Positions 9,996-21,370 are shown, numbered from the whole stretch's first letter. The stretch is DNA of 63,006 bases, filler included, from 4 parts of 4 records of this genome joined end to end with filler, not necessarily neighbours in it; one strand, 5' to 3'. Notes: generated from the letters alone by a model not told the origin. Numbers and translations are program-made.

Positions 9996-10478
9996 TTAGA
10001 GCTGCGCGAGCATATGCTCCGCGCTCGACACCTGAAACGCACCAGGGTCTTCAAGATTAAGCTCGGTGACAACACCGTCCTCAACAATCATGGAGAACCG
10101 TTTGGAGCGGAGCCCCATACCAAAACCGGACGCGTCCATTTCAAGGCCAAGTGCCTTGGCAAAAAGTGCGTTACCATCTGCCAGCATGGTCACTTTGCCA
10201 TCGACGCCAGCGTTTTTGCCCCATGCGTCCATCACGAACACATCATTTACAGACATACAGGCGATCTCATCAACACCTTTGCCAAGAATGGAATCGGCAT
10301 TCTCCACAAAACCAGGAAGGTGCTTCGCCGAACAGGTTGGCGTAAAGGCGCCAGGAACAGAAAACAGAGCGACCTTGCGACCTGCGAAAAATTCGTCTGT
10401 AGCAACTGGCCCGGGGCCGTCTGCCGTCATGGTGTTGAGGGTTGCACTGGGTACTTTATCACCAACTTTAATGGTCAT
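9996..10478 (-). CDS. Peroxiredoxin (Prx5-like)
   Basis: VPGAFTPTCSAKHLPGF, SVNDVFVM, LADGN and RSKRFSM motifs. Confidence 0.95.
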   Translation of the reverse strand: MTIKVGDKVPSATLNTMTADGPGPVATDEFFAGRKVALFSVPGAFTPTCSAKHLPGFVENADSILGKGVDEIACMSVNDVFVMDAWGKNAGVDGKVTMLADGNALFAKALGLEMDASGFGMGLRSKRFSMIVEDGVVTELNLEDPGAFQVSSAEHMLAQL

Positions 10479-10557
10479 TGCTCGCTCCTCACGATAGCTG
10501 AAATATAGCTGAAATCTGGTGTCACTTTACTTAGATTATCCGGTGAGGCAAGGGCCA

Positions 10558-11382
10558 TTAAGGCTCAAGTTCCACGGTCCTGTCGATGGCATGGCCGTTG
10601 CCATCCATAAACGTCAGCCTCACCGACTGGCCGCGCAAATCGTCGGGCTTTTTACCCGTCATCGCCATAAGCACAAAGCGGGCTGTCATGCCGTTGCCTG
10701 AAAGACTTTTATCGGGGGCACCAAAATGAAACTTTGACCCTGCTTCCGCCAGAAGGTCAGCGCTGGATAAGTTACTGTCAGCCGCTACATCAACAATCAC
10801 ACGCTGGTGCCCGGGCGTGCCCATAACCTGCGCGCTCACAATGCTCAGCCCAGCTTCAGCTAAGCCCTCACGGGCTGGCACGCGCTTCAGCCACACATCG
10901 AACCTGATATCCTGCGCCGAGGCTTCCTCAGCCAAGCTGGCAGCGGCAACCTCATAGTTTGCTTCAAACGGCACGCAGATATCCTTGCACACCATAAAAT
11001 CAGCGCTCACGGCCAAGGGGGCACCTCCCTCGGGTACTTGCGTATAGAATGGCAACAGCACTTTATGGCTGTATCCATATGTCTGCAGGCCAAACAGCTC
11101 AAAACGCTCCGGCACCGGATATAATATCTCTATGCCATTGCCACCACTTTGCAGGCGCACAGGAAGTCCAGCCTCACCTGGGGACCGCCAATATGTTTTC
11201 CAGCCCGGCTCCAACTCAGCTTCCCAAGCGAGCAACGCCTTGCCATCTTTAGCCATATCAGCCGATGCGGTCACGATGCGCGTTTTGATCATGCCCTGAT
11301 GATCTTGCCATGGCCCTGCTCCAGCAGAAACCGGACTGGCAAACGCCACAGTAAAACATAAAAACATAAGGACAAAACGCAT
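10558..11382 (-). CDS. Protein-disulfide reductase DsbD N-terminal domain protein
   Basis: Signal peptide, GWKTYWRSPGEAGLP and VCKDICVP. Confidence 0.85.
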   Translation of the reverse strand: MRFVLMFLCFTVAFASPVSAGAGPWQDHQGMIKTRIVTASADMAKDGKALLAWEAELEPGWKTYWRSPGEAGLPVRLQSGGNGIEILYPVPERFELFGLQTYGYSHKVLLPFYTQVPEGGAPLAVSADFMVCKDICVPFEANYEVAAASLAEEASAQDIRFDVWLKRVPAREGLAEAGLSIVSAQVMGTPGHQRVIVDVAADSNLSSADLLAEAGSKFHFGAPDKSLSGNGMTARFVLMAMTGKKPDDLRGQSVRLTFMDGNGHAIDRTVELEP

Positions 11383-11577
11383 ACAAAACTCCGGCGATGA
11401 ATTCCGCCTTATGTAACAACATTAGGCATGAGGCACCAGTCGCGTTTCTTCACATTGCCGTTAGCCGGTTGACGCCGTACCTGCATATCTCAATGTATGA
11501 GACTAGCGGTTTCAGTCCACGCCGATTGCGTGTAGCCGCCATACACGGTAAGCTGATGGTCAGACAGAGAGAAGCAG

Positions 11578-12141
11578 ATGACATCTTCCACGTTTCTAGA
11601 CAGCAAACTACTTTTAGCCATGCCTAGCATGTCCGACCCCCGGTTTGAACGCAGCGTTATCTATATTTGTTCGCACGACAGTTCCGGCGCTATGGGCCTC
11701 GTTGTCAATCAAGCTTTCAACAACCTCACCTTTGAGAGCCTGCTTGAGCAGTTGGAGATCGAAACCGATGGCGACGCTCCGGATATTCCGGTGCACTCGG
11801 GTGGCCCCATGGAACCTGGCCGCGGCTTTGTGCTGCATAGCGCTGATTTTGTACAGGAATCCACACTGGTGGTGAGCGAAACACTCGCGCTTTCCGCCAC
11901 GGTCGACATCTTGCAGGCATTGGCTGGCGGCAGTGGCCCGCGCAATCATCTTCTGGCACTTGGTTATGCTGGCTGGGGCGCTGGGCAACTGGAGCAGGAA
12001 ATCCAAGCCAACGCGTGGCTGACGTCAGAAGCGGACGAAGAGATTGTGTTCCATACGGAGCTTGAACAGAAATGGCCACGCGCCATGGCCATGTTAGGTG
12101 TCAATGTTTCGATGTTGTCATCTGAGGCCGGGCACGCATAG
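11578..12141 (+). CDS. YqgE/AlgH family protein
   Basis: LLLAMPSMSDPRFERSVIYIC, GAMGLVVN, GGPMEPGRGFVLH and LGYAGWGAGQLE. Confidence 0.93.
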   Translation: MTSSTFLDSKLLLAMPSMSDPRFERSVIYICSHDSSGAMGLVVNQAFNNLTFESLLEQLEIETDGDAPDIPVHSGGPMEPGRGFVLHSADFVQESTLVVSETLALSATVDILQALAGGSGPRNHLLALGYAGWGAGQLEQEIQANAWLTSEADEEIVFHTELEQKWPRAMAMLGVNVSMLSSEAGHA

Positions 12142-12158
12142 CACCGAAGAAGGCAGTG

Positions 12159-12857
12159 TCAGTTGAGGCACTGCCTTTGGTCGCTGCCCAAGCGGTCCAG
12201 TTCAAGTGACGGAATGCCCATCATGCCCGGCACACCACCTTTACTCTCAATCTCCAAAACCTTGTCCACGTCAACGGCTTTGATCTTGATATCAAGGCGC
12301 TCCAGCGCCACTAACACCCGAGGCGATAACTGGCTCGTGAGCATTACGCGAGGCGAAGGCACAACCAGTATTTCCGAGAGGTCATGCTGAAATTCACCCC
12401 ACCTGTCCGTAAAGCCCTGATTGTCATACTCGAAGGGGCGCACCACACCAACAAGAATGGTTCCTCCCATCGCGCGAGGTTCAACAAAGGGGAGCGCCAG
12501 CACTTCCATCTCGAATGTTTCGTTTTTGTCAAACGCCAATGCGCCGGTACGCAATACGCCGCATGATTGAACAAGCGCAACGGCATATAGTTCAGCCATC
12601 AAGCCCGCCTGCTCCCGATCAGAGAAAATCTCGCCGTAAGTTCGTCCCGCCATACCGCGTCCAACGGCTGCCTCGAGGGAGGAGCCCGCAAGCCTGTAGC
12701 GCAGGCTTCCGTCATCGCCCATTTCCAGAATAAACATCCAGGGTAACAAGTTAGTCAGTTTCCGAAGGTCAAGGGAGGTCCGCTCGGGAATGGCCTTGCC
12801 ACCACCAAGAGAGCGCCAGTAATTGAGTAAATGGCACACCTCTGAACTTAACAACAA
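12159..12857 (-). CDS. PAS domain protein (PAS_5-like, no output domain)
   Basis: YWRSL...IPERTSLD...LLPWMFILE...RYRLAGS...E(V)LALP pattern. Confidence 0.75.
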   Translation of the reverse strand: MLLSSEVCHLLNYWRSLGGGKAIPERTSLDLRKLTNLLPWMFILEMGDDGSLRYRLAGSSLEAAVGRGMAGRTYGEIFSDREQAGLMAELYAVALVQSCGVLRTGALAFDKNETFEMEVLALPFVEPRAMGGTILVGVVRPFEYDNQGFTDRWGEFQHDLSEILVVPSPRVMLTSQLSPRVLVALERLDIKIKAVDVDKVLEIESKGGVPGMMGIPSLELDRLGSDQRQCLN

Positions 12858-12971
12858 TACCCCCTCAGATTTTGCTGCGCGACGTTACCATCTTACGCCG
12901 CAATCATCAATACTTAGACGAGTATCTATTCGCGGGATATTTTTAGCTATTTTTGATTAGATTGATAACGA

Positions 12972-14210
12972 TCAGAAAGTAATCGAATCCAATTCGCCGT
13001 CACCAACTATCGCCATGGAAACCGAATTCGAATCCATTATTTGCTGAGCAACACGGGCGACGTCTTTTCCGTCCACTCGTTCTACATTTTCGATCATTTC
13101 CTCAATCGGGAGAATACGTTCAAAAATCAGCATCTGGCGGCCAAGCTGTTCCATGCGTGATGTTGTGGCTTCAAGCGCCATCATCAAGCCGGACTTCAGC
13201 TGTGCGAGCGCTATACGAAATTCCTCATCTGTCGGGCCCTTCGTCAAGGCTTCCATCTCAGCTTTGATGACGGGCATCATGCCCGGTGCAAGCTCTGGTC
13301 CTGTACCAGCGTAGAGGCCGAATATGCCTGTGTCTTTATGACTGCTCGTGAAGCTGTATACAGAATATGCAAGCCCACGCTCCTCGCGCACTTCCTGGAA
13401 CAGGCGCGATGACATGCCACCGCCCAGAATGGTCGAATAGACCTGAAGAGCGTAATAGTCGGGATCATTAAACGAGCATCCCGGCCACGCTGCCGTGACA
13501 TGAACCTGTTCAAGCTCACGCCGCTCAACGATGCGCCCACCAATATATTTCGCGGGTTCTGCCGCTTTGACCTTCTCGGTGCTAAGGTCCGCAAACTTTT
13601 CCGAAACCATCTCAACCAGCCTGTCATGGTCAAGATTGCCCACAGCGGAGATAACCACGTTGCTCGCCGTATAATTATGCGAGAGGTAGCTGAGGAGGTT
13701 TTCTGATGTCAGGCCACGCACGGTTTCCGGTTCGCCCAGAATGGTGCGGCCAATCGGCTGGTCCTGATACGCAGCAACCTGCAGATGGTCGAAGACAATA
13801 TCGTCTGGTGTATCAAGCGCCTGCCCGATTTCCTGCAGGATAACTTCTTTTTCACGCTTGAGCTCGCGTTCCGAACAAACGCTGTTCAGCACAATGTCAG
13901 ACAGCAGATCAACCGCGAGCGGCAGATCGTCTTTCATAACCCGGGCATAATAAGTGGTGTTATCACGCGAGGTATAGGCGTTCATGTGGCCGCCTACAGC
14001 TTCGATCTCAAACGCGATATCGCGGGAGCTGCGCCGTTTGGTGCCTTTGAAAAGCATGTGCTCCAGGCAATGCGTGATGCCGTTCAGCTCTTTTGGCTCG
14101 TGCCGTGCACCAACATCTACCCAAACGCCCACTGCCACTGTTTGAATAGACTTCCGGCTCTCACTTACGATCCGCAAGCCATTAGGCAGTTGGGTTATTC
14201 TTACACTCAA
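12972..14210 (-). CDS. M16 family zinc peptidase (processing-peptidase-like)
   Basis: Inverted zincin HCLEH, NAYTS, LGGGMSSRLFQEVREERGLAYSV. Confidence 0.93.
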   Translation of the reverse strand: MSVRITQLPNGLRIVSESRKSIQTVAVGVWVDVGARHEPKELNGITHCLEHMLFKGTKRRSSRDIAFEIEAVGGHMNAYTSRDNTTYYARVMKDDLPLAVDLLSDIVLNSVCSERELKREKEVILQEIGQALDTPDDIVFDHLQVAAYQDQPIGRTILGEPETVRGLTSENLLSYLSHNYTASNVVISAVGNLDHDRLVEMVSEKFADLSTEKVKAAEPAKYIGGRIVERRELEQVHVTAAWPGCSFNDPDYYALQVYSTILGGGMSSRLFQEVREERGLAYSVYSFTSSHKDTGIFGLYAGTGPELAPGMMPVIKAEMEALTKGPTDEEFRIALAQLKSGLMMALEATTSRMEQLGRQMLIFERILPIEEMIENVERVDGKDVARVAQQIMDSNSVSMAIVGDGELDSITF

Positions 14211-15631
14211 GACCAGTTTCCTTCCAGCACCCGTGCCTGCAATGCAGCCAGATCGTTCGGGAGCGTTATCATTCTCTCGTCGCGGCCCATCAGGTCCGCC
14301 ATGTGCTGCGGCAGTGCCGGATCTACACCCGTTGCTTCCTTAACCGCGTCACCAAACTTGGCGGGGTGCGCTGTGGACAGCGTCACGCGAGGCGCAGCGT
14401 TATCCGGCAGGCAATTGTTGGCAGCCTCGATGCCCACGGCAGTGTGAGGATCCGCAATATAACCTGCATTAGCGTGCAGTTCCTGCATCACGGCTTTGGT
14501 GGTTTCATCATCCACGCGCTCCGCCGCAAACAGGCTTTTGAGCGCATCATGGTGTTCTTTGTCAAGGGTGAAGCCTCCGGTGCCCGCGAGGTCATCCATA
14601 TAACGCCTGATCACATCAGCATCGCGGCCTGCAATGTCAAACAGCATGCGCTCAAAATTGCTAGATATCTGGATATCCATGCTGGGAGATAAAGTGGAAT
14701 ATACGTCACCGCGCTCATACCGCCCGCTTTCAAGCGTGCGCGCAAGGATATCGTTTGAATTAGTGGCAATCACCAGCTTCTCGATCGGCAACCCCATTTT
14801 CTTGGCAATATAGCCTGCGAAAATATCACCAAAGTTACCTGTGGGCACGCTGTAGGAAATCGCCCTGTCCGGCGCGCCAAGCGCTACGGCCGAGGTGAAA
14901 TAATAAACGATCTGAGCCATCACCCGCGCCCAGTTGATCGAATTCACAGCAGTCAGGCCTATCCTGTCCCGGAACTCCAGATCATTAAAGCTGGCTTTCA
15001 CCAGCGCCTGACAATCATCGAAGTTACCCTCAACAGCGATATTGACCACATTGTCTTCTATCACGCTGGTCATCTGCTTACGCTGCACTTCAGAGACACG
15101 GCCTTTAGGGTGTAGCATGAAGATAGAAACATTATCGCGCCCACGACAGCCTTCAATAGCGGCAGAGCCCGTGTCACCAGACGTGGCGCCGAGGATCGTG
15201 AGCTTTTCGCCACGCTTGGCGGTGAAATGATCAAAGAAACGGCCCAGCAACTGCAGTGCAAAATCCTTGAACGCAAGTGTGGGCCCATGGAAAAGCTCGA
15301 GCAACCAGTCGTTAGCGCCCGTTTGCACAAGTGGCGCCACAGCCGGGTGGCGGAACTGCCCGCCATAATTTTCATCATAAGTGGCATCGAGCATGCGTTT
15401 AAGCTCGGCCTCGCTCAGGCAATCGCCCACAAACGGCGCGATCACTTCAAATGCGACCTCGGCATAGGTTTTACCGCGCATGGCACGGATATCATCCGCG
15501 CTGAAGGTTGGAATTTCTTCCGGCACATAAAGGCCACCGTCACGTGCGAGGCCCGTTAGCGTCACACCCTCAAAGTCCAGACTTTCCGCCTGACCACGTG
15601 TAGAAATATATTTCACGATACCAACACTCAA
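14207..15631 (-). CDS. thrC: Threonine synthase
   Basis: KYISTRG, ELFHGPTLAFKD (PLP Lys), GATSGDTG, NSINWAR, VPTGNFG and TAHPAKF. Confidence 0.97.
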   Translation of the reverse strand: MSVGIVKYISTRGQAESLDFEGVTLTGLARDGGLYVPEEIPTFSADDIRAMRGKTYAEVAFEVIAPFVGDCLSEAELKRMLDATYDENYGGQFRHPAVAPLVQTGANDWLLELFHGPTLAFKDFALQLLGRFFDHFTAKRGEKLTILGATSGDTGSAAIEGCRGRDNVSIFMLHPKGRVSEVQRKQMTSVIEDNVVNIAVEGNFDDCQALVKASFNDLEFRDRIGLTAVNSINWARVMAQIVYYFTSAVALGAPDRAISYSVPTGNFGDIFAGYIAKKMGLPIEKLVIATNSNDILARTLESGRYERGDVYSTLSPSMDIQISSNFERMLFDIAGRDADVIRRYMDDLAGTGGFTLDKEHHDALKSLFAAERVDDETTKAVMQELHANAGYIADPHTAVGIEAANNCLPDNAAPRVTLSTAHPAKFGDAVKEATGVDPALPQHMADLMGRDERMITLPNDLAALQARVLEGNWS

Positions 15632-15695
15632 CTTTATGAAAATTGCGAGGCTTACTCTTAGGAGTAGACGCCCGCTGATGCAAGGCCAATGGCCC

Positions 15696-16433
15696 CTACT
15701 TGGCTGGTTTTTGCGCTTTTTCGCGGCCCCGCTTCAGGCTAAAGGCAATATAGACGCCAACCAGGCCGAGCGCGAGACCATACCACGTCAGCGCATACTG
15801 GAAATGGTCATTCGGGATATCCACCCGCACCTGACCACCGACCGGCATATCACCGGGTGGCGCGTCAGCATCAGCAGCCACCCTGAAGTGATAAAACTCC
15901 TTGGTGCGCAAACCGAAAGCCGCTGCCATCTCAAACACGTCCGCTGTGAACCACTGGCCAGCGGCAGGGTCATTCGGCGGCGTCATCGAGCCCGGTACCG
16001 CGCTTGTCAGCAGCACACCCGTAACCTCAATGGTTTCACCCGTCGGCAGCTCTGGCAGCGTAGCAAGGTGTGCTGGTACCCAGCCAAAGTTAACCAGCAC
16101 CGCCATGCCGTGTTGTTTCTGCACAGGCAGATAAACGTGGTAACCGGATTTGCCGCTCAGCGATGTGGCAAATACCTTGATCGGCTCACGCTCAAGCACG
16201 GTGCCTGTGAAGCTAACGCGGTGATAAGCGAGCATACTCGGGTCATCTAGATGTACGGGAAGCGGCATTGGCTCGGCGCTCAGGCCCGCTTCGATCTGCG
16301 CAAGCAAGGCTGTTTTTGGCGCCACCTTGCGCGCCTGCCATGTGCCAAGCGACAGCAACACAATAAACGCAAGCGAAACCGCCACAGTTAAGGGCCAACC
16401 GGGGCTGAACGATCTAGCTGTCATGACCGTCAT
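15696..16433 (-). CDS. SURF1 family cytochrome oxidase biogenesis protein
   Basis: LGTWQ, VLVNFGWVP and NDHFQYALTWYGLA. Start uncertain (16424, 16433 or 16460). Confidence 0.92.
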   Translation of the reverse strand: MTVMTARSFSPGWPLTVAVSLAFIVLLSLGTWQARKVAPKTALLAQIEAGLSAEPMPLPVHLDDPSMLAYHRVSFTGTVLEREPIKVFATSLSGKSGYHVYLPVQKQHGMAVLVNFGWVPAHLATLPELPTGETIEVTGVLLTSAVPGSMTPPNDPAAGQWFTADVFEMAAAFGLRTKEFYHFRVAADADAPPGDMPVGGQVRVDIPNDHFQYALTWYGLALGLVGVYIAFSLKRGREKAQKPAK

Positions 16434-16839
16434 CTCCCATCGTTCCCTCACGGGCATCATGATGAAATTGCAGCGCTATGAGCGTTGCTTTGAAAACCCG
16501 CAACATCCAGATGCTGCCCAGGATGATGAAGGTGAAAAGCGTGGTTGCAACCGCCCACATTGGCCAAGCAAGCGCACCCACAACAATGAAGCCGAGAAGT
16601 GCTGAAAGCGCCCCCATGATCAGGATCACAAACACCTGTGCACCGTCACCCGGGTCCGCTTTTGAAAGGTCAAACCCACACACCTCGCAGGCATCCCGGA
16701 TACCAAGACCATCCTTGAAAAGTGCACCCTCTCCACAGTTCGGGCACTTACCCTTAAGCCCTGCCCTATAAGGCGAAACCGACCGGGAGGGTTGCTCTCG
16801 GTCGGTTCCTGATTGTTTCTGGTCTGCCTTGTCGGCCAT
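16414..16839 (-). CDS. DUF983 family membrane protein
   Basis: CPNCGEG...CEVCG, ADPGDG and two TM helices. Start at ATG 16839, just after the subunit III stop. Confidence 0.85.
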   Translation of the reverse strand: MADKADQKQSGTDREQPSRSVSPYRAGLKGKCPNCGEGALFKDGLGIRDACEVCGFDLSKADPGDGAQVFVILIMGALSALLGFIVVGALAWPMWAVATTLFTFIILGSIWMLRVFKATLIALQFHHDAREGTMGDDGHDS

Positions 16840-16843
16840 CGCC

Positions 16844-17695
16844 TTATGCGCCGCCCCAAATGTAAACGCAGAAGAAAAGGAAGATCCACACAACGTCTAC
16901 GAAGTGCCAATACCAGGCCGCCGCTTCAAAGCCGAAGTGGTGATCAGGTGTAAAGTCACCCTTGTAGGCACGACCCAAGCAAACTGCGAGGAAGATAGTA
17001 CCAACAAGAACGTGGAAACCATGGAAGCCGGTTGCCATGAAGAAGGTGGCGCCATAGATGCTACCTGCAAACTCAAACGCCGCATGCTGGTACTCGTAAA
17101 CCTGCACACATGAGAACAGGGCGCCAAGTATAACCGTGACCCAGAGGCCCTTTTTGAGGCCCTCGCGGTCACCATGCATTACGGCGTGGTGCGCCCAGGT
17201 AACCGTTGTGCCAGACAAAAGCAGGATCAGCGTGTTCATCAGCGGCAAGTGCCACGGATCAAACGTCTCGATACCTGCGGGCGGCCAAGGTGCTTCGTTG
17301 CCGATGACATCCCAGAACTCAGCAGGGCTCGGGATTGGCATGGCCGGGTAAAGCGACGCGTTAAAGAAGGCCCAGAACCACGCCACGAAGAACATCACCT
17401 CAGAAGCGATGAAAAGGATCATGCCGTACCGAAGACCAATACGAACAACCGGCTTGTGGTCGCCCGTATTGGCTTCCTTAACCACATCTTTCCACCACGC
17501 ATACATGGTGTAGATGAGCCCGGCAAAACCGATCACAAAAAGATAGCTACCAAAACCGGTCATGCCAAAAAGCTCAGCATCTGGCTTCATGGTAAAAACC
17601 GCGCCAACCGTCAACAACAGAACAGCCAGTGATGCCACTGCTGGCCAAGGACTTGGATTAACCAGGTGGTAATCGTGTTTCACGTCGCCCGCCAT
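16844..17695 (-). CDS. ctaE: Cytochrome c oxidase subunit III
   Basis: YHLVNPSPWP, LFIASEVMFF, ATGFHGFHV and WYWHFVDVVW. Confidence 0.96.
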   Translation of the reverse strand: MAGDVKHDYHLVNPSPWPAVASLAVLLLTVGAVFTMKPDAELFGMTGFGSYLFVIGFAGLIYTMYAWWKDVVKEANTGDHKPVVRIGLRYGMILFIASEVMFFVAWFWAFFNASLYPAMPIPSPAEFWDVIGNEAPWPPAGIETFDPWHLPLMNTLILLLSGTTVTWAHHAVMHGDREGLKKGLWVTVILGALFSCVQVYEYQHAAFEFAGSIYGATFFMATGFHGFHVLVGTIFLAVCLGRAYKGDFTPDHHFGFEAAAWYWHFVDVVWIFLFFCVYIWGGA

Positions 17696-17756
17696 ATATT
17701 CTCTCCTAACAAAGTGCCGATACCCTTAACCGGCGCCCCTTATTGCTACCCAAGCT

Positions 17757-18317
17757 TTAGCGCCCCACCGTCGTTTCCGCATCTTCAACGTCTTTCACGA
17801 AGAAGGTGTAGGAAAGGGTGACCTCGCTAACTTCATCCAAATTGCGATCCTCATCAATGAGAGGGTCGATAAAATAAACGACCGGCATACTGATCCGTTC
17901 GCCCGGTTTCAGTTCCTGCTCTGTAAAGCAGAAACAATCAATCTTTGCAAAATATTCACCCGCCTTGTGCGGTGTAACATTGTAGGTCGCTGTGCCGACA
18001 ATGGTTTTATCGGTCGGGTTATAAGCCTCATAATATGCAAGCTGCTGTTCGCCGATGTGCATTTTTTGGCTGATCTGAACCGGCTTGAAGTTCCATGGCA
18101 TATCCCGGTGAACGGCCGCGTTGAAGCGCACCTTAATTTCACGGTCGATAACCACGTCGCTACCCACGTCCACCTGCTGGGTGGTTCCGCCGTAGCCAGT
18201 CACCTTGCAAAACAGGTCATAGAGCGGCACTGCCGCATACGCCATGCCAACCATGCCCACAGCAACACCTGCAATCGTCATGGCCATACGGCCGTTCTTA
18301 TTGGCTGTCGTGCTCAT
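17757..18317 (-). CDS. ctaG: Cytochrome c oxidase assembly protein CtaG/Cox11
   Basis: YAAVPLYDLFCKVTGYGGT and CFCF copper motif. Confidence 0.95.
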   Translation of the reverse strand: MSTTANKNGRMAMTIAGVAVGMVGMAYAAVPLYDLFCKVTGYGGTTQQVDVGSDVVIDREIKVRFNAAVHRDMPWNFKPVQISQKMHIGEQQLAYYEAYNPTDKTIVGTATYNVTPHKAGEYFAKIDCFCFTEQELKPGERISMPVVYFIDPLIDEDRNLDEVSEVTLSYTFFVKDVEDAETTVGR

Positions 18318-18442
18318 GGTGCAAGCGACCCGATCTTGAAGAAGCTCACCACCGCGACAATGATCACGAAAGCCGCGAGGGTCAGCCCGAGCACACGGTT
18401 CCGCTTTTTCATGCGTGCGTGCATTTCAGAAATTTCGGTCAT
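18314..18442 (-). CDS. Small single-TM protein (42 aa, CoxF-like), absent from the ORF track
   Basis: Hand translation [46 protein letters not shown] overlaps with both the ctaB stop and the ctaG start. Confidence 0.85.
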   Translation of the reverse strand: MTEISEMHARMKKRNRVLGLTLAAFVIIVAVVSFFKIGSLAP

Positions 18443-19359
18443 GCGATCCATCCCGTAATAACCCGCTCAGCCGCCAAGGTGGCGAACAGGGCAAATAGAT
18501 ACAAAATAGAGAAGGCAAACAGCTTCCTGTCTGCTTTCTCCGTGCCACGCCAAACCATGATCGCGAGTGTTAGGAACCACGCGCCCAGAAGGCTCGACAC
18601 GATGCCGTATACAGGGCCCGCGAAGTCGAGGAAATAGGGCGCGATGCCGCAGGGCACCACCAGAAGGCTGTAGAGAAGAATTTGGCGGCGCGTCTCAGCC
18701 ACGCCTGCAACAACCGGCAGCATCGGTACATTCACTTTTTCATAGTCTTTCGAGATGAAAAGCGAGAGTGCCCAGAAGTGCGGCGGGGTCCACAGGAAGA
18801 TAATACCAAACAGAACCATGCTCTCAACGGTGACACTATCCGTCACCGCAGCCCAGCCGATCATTGGCGGGAAGGCACCTGCAGCACCACCAATCACAAT
18901 GTTGTGCGGTGTGCGGCGCTTGAGCCACATGGTGTAAATAATTGCGTAGAAGAAGATGGTGAGGGCCAAGAGCGCCGCAGACGTCAGGTTAACCATCAGG
19001 CCAAGCAACACAACGGACGCCACCGACAGGGTCAAACCGAAGCCCAGCGCGTCGCCGGGGGTGACTTTACCTGCGGGGATCGGGCGTTTTGCCGTCCGGT
19101 CCATCACCGCATCAATATCAGCGTCATACCACATGTTGAGTGCGCCACTTGCGCCCGCGCCGACAGCGATCAGGACGATAGCCGCAAACGCCAACACAGG
19201 GTTCATTTCACCCGGTGCGGCAACAAGCCCAACCAGAGCCGTAAAAATAACAAGAGACATTACCCGCGGCTTCAAAAGCGCGAAGAAATCACGTGCCTCA
19301 GCCTCCCCTGAACGGGAAGGCTGAGCGCTTTCACTATAAGATGTCAGGCTATCTGCCAA
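18439..19359 (-). CDS. ctaB: Protoheme IX farnesyltransferase (heme o synthase)
   Basis: [36 protein letters not shown] and WTPPHFWAL. Confidence 0.96.
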   Translation of the reverse strand: MADSLTSYSESAQPSRSGEAEARDFFALLKPRVMSLVIFTALVGLVAAPGEMNPVLAFAAIVLIAVGAGASGALNMWYDADIDAVMDRTAKRPIPAGKVTPGDALGFGLTLSVASVVLLGLMVNLTSAALLALTIFFYAIIYTMWLKRRTPHNIVIGGAAGAFPPMIGWAAVTDSVTVESMVLFGIIFLWTPPHFWALSLFISKDYEKVNVPMLPVVAGVAETRRQILLYSLLVVPCGIAPYFLDFAGPVYGIVSSLLGAWFLTLAIMVWRGTEKADRKLFAFSILYLFALFATLAAERVITGWIA

Positions 19360-19386
19360 AACATTGTTCCTTTTGAAGCTGCCAGC

Positions 19387-20214
<828 letters not shown>

Positions 20215-20215
20215 A

Positions 20216-20315
20216 NNNNNNNNNNNNNNNNNNNNNNNNNNNNNNNNNNNNNNNNNNNNTTAATTAATTAANNNNNNNNNNNNNNNNNNNNNNNNNNNNN
20301 NNNNNNNNNNNNNNN
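20216..20315. other. Artificial contig spacer
   Basis: 44 N + TTAATTAATTAA (stops in all six frames) + 44 N; composition shifts abruptly from GC-rich to AT-rich across it. Confidence 0.98.
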
Positions 20316-20316
20316 T

Positions 20317-20415
20317 TATCAATTTTTATTTGATGCTGGCGCTGTTGCTGTATTTGGTCCAGGAACAAAAATAAGTGAGGCTGCAATTACATTATTAGAG
20401 ATTTTAATAGATTAA
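20317..20415 (+). CDS. scpA: Methylmalonyl-CoA mutase, C-terminal fragment
   Basis: Hand translation YQFLFDAGAVAVFGPGTKISEAAITLLEILID*, matching the end of the B12-binding domain (FGPGT). Confidence 0.8.
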   Translation, partial: YQFLFDAGAVAVFGPGTKISEAAITLLEILID

Positions 20416-20485
20416 CTTTAAAATATTTAAAAGCATACCAAATATACTATGCAAGCATTGTATATTTGACTAAAATCAAAAAACA

Positions 20486-21370
20486 ATGAACTATACTAAC
20501 GGAATGCTTCGCGATGATGCCCTTAAGGGAAAAAAAATTGTAGTAACTGGTGGCGGAAGCGGCTTAGGTAAAGCAATGACTACTTACTTCTTAAAACTAG
20601 GAGCACAAGTTGCAATTACGTCAAGAAATATTGACAAATTAGAAACTGTAGCTAAAGAACTTACAGCAGAAACTGGCTCTAAATGTGTGCCGCTACAATG
20701 TGATGTAAGACATATTGAAGAAGTTGAAGCTATGCGTGATGCTGCAATTAAAGCCTTAGGACCCATAGATGTATTATTAAACAATGCAGCCGGTAATTTT
20801 ATTTCTCCAACAGAGCGTTTATCTGCAAATGCATTTGATACTATTATAGATATTGTTTTAAAAGGTACTAAAAACTGCACACTAGCATTTGGTAAGCATT
20901 GGATTGATAACAATGAAAAAGATAAATCTGTTTTAAATATTGTGACTACTTACGCTTGGACAGGTTCTGCTTATGTTGTACCAAGTGCATCAGCAAAAGC
21001 TGGTGTTTTAGCAATGACACGCTCTTTAGCTGTAGAGTGGGCAAAATACGGTATGCGCTTCAATGCAATTGCACCAGGACCATTCCCTACAAAAGGTGCT
21101 TGGGACAGATTGTTACCAGGAGAATTAAAAGAAAAATTTGACTTAGCAAAAACTAATCCTCTAAAACGTGTAGGAGATCACCAAGAGCTTGCAAACTTAG
21201 CAGCCTACCTAGTATCAGACTTTTCATCTTATGTAAATGGTGAGGTTATTACAATTGATGGTGGTGAGTGGATTAAAGGTGCTGGACAATTTAACCAGCT
21301 AGAAGAAGTTCCTCAACAAATGTGGGATATGCTTGAAGCAATGATAAGAAGTAAGAAAAATAAGTCTTAA
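20486..21370 (+). CDS. SDR oxidoreductase, 2,4-dienoyl-CoA reductase-like
   Basis: TGGGSGLG, NNAAGNF, SASAKAG (lacks the canonical Tyr, as in DECR-type SDRs) and IAPGP. Confidence 0.85.
   Translation: MNYTNGMLRDDALKGKKIVVTGGGSGLGKAMTTYFLKLGAQVAITSRNIDKLETVAKELTAETGSKCVPLQCDVRHIEEVEAMRDAAIKALGPIDVLLNNAAGNFISPTERLSANAFDTIIDIVLKGTKNCTLAFGKHWIDNNEKDKSVLNIVTTYAWTGSAYVVPSASAKAGVLAMTRSLAVEWAKYGMRFNAIAPGPFPTKGAWDRLLPGELKEKFDLAKTNPLKRVGDHQELANLAAYLVSDFSSYVNGEVITIDGGEWIKGAGQFNQLEEVPQQMWDMLEAMIRSKKNKS

Noticed and set aside
20260..20271. TTAATTAATTAA palindrome recurring three times (also 47527-47538 and 53593-53604)
   Set aside because: It is always centred in 44+44 N, so it is an assembly linker with six-frame stops and not a biological repeat or att site.
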